From the NCBI GenBank assembly GCA_965153285.1, contig OZ229126.1: DNA of 64,000 bases; one strand, written 5' to 3'. Positions 57,939 through 64,000 of the stretch are shown one piece after another. This DNA is from Podarcis tiliguerta. Its lineage: Eukaryota. Numbering within the stretch: position 1 is the first letter of the stretch; each line of letters starts with the position of its first letter. Made by a program: the position numbers and the translations under genes. The notes under the pieces were generated by a model. The model saw only the letters and a program-made list of their open reading frames with translations, was not told the DNA's origin and made no database searches.

Positions 57939-58286
57939 GGACGCGGGTGGCGCTGTGGGTTAAACCACAGAGCCTAGGGCTTGCCGATCAGAAGGTCGGC
58001 GGTTCGAATCCCCGCGACTCGGTGAGCTCCCGTTGCTCGGTTCCAGCTCCTGCCAACCTAGCAATTCAAAAGCACGTCAAAGTGCAAGTAGATAAATAGG
58101 TACCGCTCCGGCGGGAAGGTAAACGGCGTTTCTTTGCACTGCTCTGGTTTGCCAGAAGCGGCTTAGTCATGCTGGCTACATGACCCGGAAGCTGTACGCC
58201 GGCTCCTCGGCCAATAAAGCGAGATGAGCGCCGCAACCCCAGAGTCGGTCAGGACTGGACCTAATGGTCAGGGGTCCCTTTACCTT
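57939..58286 (+). mobile_element. Sauria SINE
   Basis: 15-bp TSD TAAGCATGTAGGAGG. Confidence 0.9.
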
Positions 58287-58534
58287 TAAGCATGTAGGAG
58301 GTCAATATGTGATAACTAATCTGATGTGTGCAGACAGTTACACAGACACTTGGTATAACGTCCCTGGCTCTGAAATGGTTTGTAACAGGTTGGAAATCCC
58401 AGGGAAGGGATACCAACTGAATACAGGAGTGGCAAGACATGGTCAAAAGGAAAAGGGAGGCCCTGACAAACTTACTGGGGAGTAGCTATAGCAGTGATGT
58501 CACTTGACCAACTTTTCAGTGACAAAAAGTAAAC

Positions 58535-58906
58535 AAGGTAAAGGACCCCTGGACGGTTACATTTAGTCAAAGGCGACTATGGGGTTGCGGCACTCATCTC
58601 GCTTTCAGGCTGAGGGAGCCAGCGTTTGTCCACAGACAGCTTTGTGGGTCATGTGGTCAGCATGACTAAACCACTTCTGGTGCAACGGGACACTGTGACA
58701 GAAACCAGAGCGCACGGAAACACCATTTACCTTCCCATCACAGTGGTACCTATTTATCTGCTTGCACTGGTGTGCTTTCGAACTGCTAGGTTGGCAGGAG
58801 CTGGGACCGAGCAATGGGAGCTCACCCTGTTGCGGGGATTTGAAGCACCAACCTTCTGATCGGCAAGCCCAAGAGGCTCAGTGGTTTAGACCACAGCGCC
58901 ACCCTC
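58535..58906 (-). mobile_element. Sauria SINE
   Basis: Reverse complement of the family sequence seen in the other copies. Confidence 0.87.
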
Positions 58907-59092
58907 ATAGCCAACTTTCTTGTTCCCACCACAGAGTGGATGAAATCCTGTCTGATTGGTAACTGGGCACATCTGTCCTCTGTAATTTCTGCTACCAACT
59001 TTGCAGACGAAAACATAACTCATCAAGATTGGGTCAGCCCCACGTGCTATGTGTCTTAGTTGTAGTCACAACATTGTGATACTGGAGACTCA

Positions 59093-59128
<36 letters not shown>

Positions 59129-59283
59129 CCCAAACAGCATTGCTTGCTGGCGTGGAAGGTTTGTTCCCATGTTAATTCCCATCGAGGGCCTTTCCTGCCG
59201 CTTGTGTCTTTGCTCAGTGGATGATGTGGTTGCAACCCCTTTTGCTGAGTGATTCAGACATATTTCCTTAATAATAATAATAA

Positions 59284-59312
<29 letters not shown>

Positions 59313-59315
<3 letters not shown>

Positions 59316-60003
59316 TATTATTTATACCCCACCCATTTGGCTGGGTTTCCCCAGCTACTCTGGGCGGCTTTCAACATAATATTAAAATACAATAATCTAT
59401 TAAACATTAAAAGCTTCCCTAAAACAGGGCTGCCTTCAGATGTCTTCTAAAAGTCTGGTAGTTGTTTTTCTCTTTGACATCTGATGGGAGGGCATTCCAC
59501 AGGGCGGGTGCCACTACCGAGAAGGCCCTCTGCCTGGTTCCCTGTACAGTGGTGCCCCGCAAGACGAATGCCTCGCAAGACGGAAAACCCGCAAGACGAA
59601 AGGGTTTTCCGTCTGCAGAGGCGCTTCGCAAGACGAATTTCCCTATGGGCTTGCTTCGCAGGACGAAAAATGACGAAAAAAAATGAATTTTTTTTTTGCT
59701 CCAAAACCACTTATTTTGAATCGCTAAGCTGCTAAAAGCATTTTAGCAGCAAAACCGCTAATCTCCCAAGTGTTAAAAAGCCGTTTTTAGCCCTTTTTTA
59801 GCCAATAGCTCTAATAGCCTACTCCGTCAATGGGCTTGCTTCGCAAGACGAAAAAACCGCAAGGCGAAAAGACCCGCGGAACGGATTCTTTTCGTCTTGC
59901 GAGGCACCACTGTAACTTGGCTTCTCGGAGCGATGGAACCACCAGAAGGCTGTTGGGGCTGGACCTCAGTTTCCGGGCAGAACGATGGGGGTAGAGACAC
60001 TCC
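59313..60003 (-). mobile_element. L2 LINE 3' fragment interrupted by a MITE
   Basis: [17 protein letters not shown]; microsatellite tail. Confidence 0.8.
59547..59912. mobile_element. MITE, CGCAAGACGAA family, nested in L2
   Basis: TIRs plus TA TSD; L2 sequence resumes on both sides. Confidence 0.88.
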
Positions 60004-61359
60004 TCCTACTTCTAACTGCTAGCAATATTCAATGTTGCCACCACTAATACTTTTCTTTATCCTGCATCCGTCCTTCCCTGCAGGGGTGCCAACTTGAATA
60101 ATATATTGGGGGGGGCACATAATCGATTACACACCATTTGAATGGCAGTGCCCATCACCTGGGGGGGGGGTCCCCTCAAATATTTTATGGGGGTCCCAAA
60201 GACCCCCTCAGCCCCTAGGAGTCGGCCCGCATGCTTCCCCTTGAACTTGAGTGTCAATTTCAGATTTAATTATAATTTTCAAATTAGATTCAGAGAATTG
60301 CTTTGGAATACTGATTAGCGTTACAAATGCCAAGCTGCGGATCCCTCAAAATAAACTGCAGAGTCACAACTAGCGGGTGCTCAGCTAAGCAGCTGCCTCT
60401 GAAAACTCTTCATGAGCAGAACACCCCAGGGCTGGCTGATGCTTCACCCTGCTGGTTTTTAAATTTTATTTTAAGTAACCACATGGCAAATTAAAAGAAA
60501 CATTAAATGTTGGGTCCTCTCTTGGCCATCATGTCAATGGCAGGTATCAGGTGTGGTCTATGCAGCAGATTGGAACTCCGTTGCAATTTCAATATGAAGC
60601 AATTGCAGTGACGATCTCAGATCTAGTCAACGGCTAAGCATGGGGTTAGCTTCATCCCTTTCAGCATCCTGAAAGAATTGCCTTAGAAGGAACCTGCAAT
60701 TAACCCAGCAAGCACATGTATGGGCAGCTAGCCTAGTGGTGGGCAGCTTAGGGACTCAGCCTTTCCCCCACTGCACTCCTGGAGAAGAAAGGGTCAAAGT
60801 GAGCAGATAGGAAGGAAAACAAACGCTTAAGAAGAGGAAGCACCCACTCTCCCTAGTAAGTGCTGTTGTTTCTCACCTCACTCCAATTTTCATGCAGTAG
60901 GAGGGTGAAGATGGAGAATGGTTGCTTGATTTGCTAGCAAGCAATGGAAGATGTTGAGTTGGGGTCAGGGGTGCTAACCTGAATAAAATAGGGGGGCAGG
61001 TAAGCCCCACCCTGTACAATCAATCACATGTCACGGCTCATGCACACCATTTGAATGGCAATGCCACTTGAATGGCAATCAACTTTAGGGCCCCCCGGCT
61101 CAGTCAAATATTTTATGGGGGACGGGATCTCAGCTTCTAGAAGTTGGCTCCTATGGTGGGGGTGGGATGAGTAGTTAACCTTCCAAAACGTATTCCTGTC
61201 CAAAGCCAGTAGAAGTAGTTGCTGCTGACCTAGCCAAAGCCAGCATTACTTACCTGTGCAAATGTCAGCTCTTCTGTGGTCTCTTCACCTAGATGACAAA
61301 CTCAGGACTGGTCAATGGCTAAGCAATGGCTTCATCTCTGCTGCTACAGGTGCAGAAAG

Positions 61360-61416
61360 ATGGTTTGCTACTCCCTTCTGAAGGTGATGATGTTTGTATT
61401 CAACGGCATAATATTT
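61360..61416 (+). CDS. TSPAN16: Tetraspanin (TSPAN1-like, syntenic with TSPAN16) first coding exon MVCYSLLKVMMFVFNGIIF
   Basis: Acceptor CTACAG| at 61349, ATG at 61360, tetraspanin TM1 motif K..MF.FN.I.F, donor |GTGAGT. Confidence 0.8.
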
Positions 61417-61455
61417 GTGAGTATGCAAGGTGGATGGTGAGTATGCAAGGTGGAT

Positions 61456-61798
61456 GGGATGCGGGTGGCGCTGTGGGTTAAATCACAGAGCCTAGGACTT
61501 GCCGATCAGAAGGTCGGCGGTTCGAATCCCCGTGACGGGGTGAGCTCCCGTTGCTTGGTCCCTGCTCCTGCCAACCTAGCAGTTCGAAAGCACGTCAAAG
61601 TGCAAGTAGATAAATAGGTACCACTCCGGTGAGAAGGTGAATGGTGTTTCCGTGCACTGCTCTGGTTCGCCAGAAGCGGCTTCGTCATGCTGGCCACATG
61701 ACCCGGAAGCTGTACACCGGCTCCCTCGGCCAATAAAACGAGATGAGCGCCACAACCCCAGAGTTGGCCACCACTCGACCTAATGGTCAGGGGTCCCC
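61456..61798 (+). mobile_element. Sauria SINE
   Basis: Near full-length family match. Confidence 0.88.
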
Positions 61799-62275
61799 GA
61801 CTCTGGGGTTGCTGCTCTCATCTTGCTTTACTGGCCGAGGGAGCCGGCGTACAGCTTCCGGGTCATGTGGGCAGCATGACTAAGCCGCTTCTGGTGAACT
61901 AGAGCAGAGCATGGAAACGCCGTTTACCTTCCCGCCGGAGCGGTACCTATTTATCTACAGTGGTACCTCGCAAGAAGAATGCCTCGCAAGACGAAAAACT
62001 CGCAAGACGAAAGAGTTTTTTGTTTTTTGAGTTGCTTCGCAAGACGAATTTCCCTATGGGCTTGCTTTGCAAGACGAAAACGTCTTGCGCCTTTTTCTTA
62101 AAATCGTCAATGCATTCCTATGGGAAACCGTCAATGCATTTCCTATGGGAAACCGTGCTTCGCAAGACGAAAAATTCACAAGACGAAAAAACTCGCGGAA
62201 CGAATTAATTTCGTCTTGCGAGGCACCACTGTATTTGCACTTTGACATGCTTTTGAACTGCTAGGTTGGCAGGAA
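61799..62275 (-). mobile_element. Sauria SINE (partial), tail-to-tail with the previous copy and interrupted by a MITE
   Basis: Reverse-complement match on both sides of 61958-62231. Confidence 0.85.
61958..62231. mobile_element. MITE, CGCAAGACGAA family, nested in a Sauria SINE
   Basis: TIRs plus TA TSD inside SINE sequence TTTATCTA|TTTGCAC. Confidence 0.88.
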
Positions 62276-62459
62276 CATGTGATTAGAAACATGTTTTAAC
62301 ATGTTAACATCCTCAAAAGTGGATGTTAAGAGTTAAGGAAGCTGGAAACCTCTTTATATGTACAAAAGCTAGCGGAATGACAGAGTTCACTGCAGAATGA
62401 CAGCTTCCTAGATGAAAAATGGCACTTTCTTACCTCTGTTCTCTCCCTTGTCTGTCCAG

Positions 62460-62666
62460 CTGGGGGGCCTGGCTTTGCTGGGCATCGGCATCTGGGTGAA
62501 GGTGGACGGTGGTTCCTTTGCGAAGGTCCTGGGAGCCGCAGCTCCACAGTTAATGCAGCTGATCAATGTGGGCTACCTGCTAATTGCTGTTGGCACCTTC
62601 CTCCTTCTCATGGGCTTCATGGGATGCTGGGGGGCCATGAAGGAAAGCAAATGCCTTTTGCTTGTG
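62460..62666 (+). CDS. TSPAN16: Tetraspanin second coding exon (69 codons) LGGLALLGIGIWVKVDG...GFMGCWGAMKESKCLLLV; the gene continues past the right edge
   Basis: GTCCAG| acceptor, |GTAAGT donor; tetraspanin signature GFxGCxGAxxESKC. The symbol is assigned by synteny with DOCK6. Confidence 0.82.
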
Positions 62667-62730
62667 GTAAGTGCCCTAATTAAAATTGGGAAGGAAACTC
62701 TCCCTGGGCCAGGCTTGGGTGTCATGGAAC

Positions 62731-63040
62731 GAGAGCCAGTGTGGTGTAGTGGTTAAGAGCGGTAGTCTCGTAATCTGGAGAACCGGGTTCGCGTCTCCGC
62801 TCCTCCACATGCAGCTGCTGGGTGACCATGGGCCAGTCACACTTCTCTGAAGTCTCTCAGCCCCACTCACCTCACAGAGTGTTTGTCGTGGGGGAGGAAG
62901 GGAAAGGAGAATGTTAGCTGCTTTGAGACTCCTGAAGGGGAGTGAAAGGCGGGATATCAAATCCAAACTCCTCTTCTTCTTCTTCTTCTTCTTCTTCTTC
63001 TTCTTCTTCTTCTTCTTCTTTTTCTTCTTCTTCTTCTTCT
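62731..63040 (+). mobile_element. tRNA-derived CORE-type SINE (Squam3-like) with (TTC)n tail
   Basis: Box A GTGGTGTAGTGG, box B-like GGTTCGCGTCTCC, CORE-like GTGACC.TGGGCCAGTCAC; older relatives near 22490-22630, 24020-24200 and 51785-51930. Confidence 0.8.
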
Positions 63041-63132
63041 GCTCGGCTATGGGATTACACAAGGGCTTTTGCACATTCTGAGTGAAATTTGTGCATCTGG
63101 GTCGAGTCTCTGAGTGTTAGCAGCAGCTAGTA

Positions 63133-63392
63133 CACGGGTAGACAAACTAGGGCCCGGGGCCGGATCCGGCCCAATCACCTTCTAAATCCAGCCTGCAGAT
63201 GGTCTGGGAATCAGCGTGTTTTTACATGAGTAGAATGTGTGTTTTTATTTAAAATGCATCTCTGGGTTATTTGTGAGGCACAGGAATTCATTCATTTATT
63301 CCCTCCCCCCCCAAAACATAGTCTGCCCCCCCCCCCACAAGGTCTGAGGGACAGTGGATCGGCCCCCTACTGAAAACGTTTGCTGACCCCTG
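63133..63392. mobile_element. hAT (Charlie-like) non-autonomous element
   Basis: 8-bp TSD AGCTAGTA. Confidence 0.82.
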
Positions 63393-64000
63393 AGCTAGTA
63401 GCTCCAATATACTATCTTGCCTAGGGGCTCCTAAGGGGTTGATGCGTTTGAACAAGGTCCCTGAAAGTGCTTTATTTCTAGGACAAAATGGTGCTGGTAT
63501 GCACCAGGCAAGGAAGGGCTCTCGGCACTGGCGGATGAACGTGGAGGCGGGGGGAGTGCCGTTCCGAGGGGTTCCATCGTGGCCGCCCCCCCCCCTGTGA
63601 TGCGCACCACTTGCCGCGCACTCCTGTGACGGGAGCCACGCCCCCGCCTGTTCGCTGCTCTGGGTGCCAGAGATGTCGCTCTGCCACTGGCTCTTGGACC
63701 CTGCCAGAGCGTTGCGCTTCCCTCCTTAAGCAGGGCAAAAGCTTCCCGGGCTTTGTGAAAGAGGCAAGAGATGTCTGACAGGAGATCTTGCAGCCCTCCT
63801 GCCTCCTTTCCAAAGTTGGGCGGGCTTTGGGAAAGAGGTGTGAGCAGTGGCGTAGCGTGGGTTGTCAGCACCCGGGGCAAGGCAAGTAATTTGCGCCCCC
63901 TAACCCGTGGATTTGCGCCCCCTAACCCGTGGATTTGTGCCCCCTAACCCTAACCCCCAGATGGTGCGCCCGGTGCGGTCGGGCCCCCCTGCACCCCCCA

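Noticed and set aside
62676-63074. Poly-Lys ORF
   Set aside because: Translation of a SINE (TTC)n tail.
63895-63957. Interstitial telomere (CCCTAA)
   Set aside because: A few hexamers within a ~23-bp internal repeat of a hAT-like MITE.

Overview
Eukaryotic (vertebrate) genomic DNA, almost certainly a squamate and most likely a lacertid lizard, judged from dense Sauria/Squam1-type SINEs, RTE-BovB, L2, CR1 and hAT/Tc1-mariner MITEs. The minus strand carries the 5' half of DOCK6: 23 GT-AG coding exons from the ATG at 50329 (CpG island) down to 293, splicing into one open 945-codon frame that continues beyond the left edge. Nested antisense in DOCK6 intron 14 is an intact ANGPTL8 (betatrophin/lipasin) orthologue: TATA at 13951, coding exons 14007-14297, 15231-15401 and 18061-18207, about 202 aa, signal peptide, SE1-like motif and coiled coil, no fibrinogen domain. 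On the plus strand at the right end are the first two coding exons of a TSPAN1-like tetraspanin in the syntenic position of TSPAN16. The most notable items are the reptile ANGPTL8 with a diverged LPL-inhibitory motif and ambiguous 3' end, an L1-like insertion that appears to supply the branch point of DOCK6 exon 11, a duplicated 5' splice site next to an inverted SINE pair in the tetraspanin, and two related solo LTRs bracketing DOCK6 exons 6-7. No prokaryotic system or CRISPR array is present. There is an assembly gap at 51588-51774. Coordinates were counted by hand, and family names and human comparisons come from recall, not database searches.
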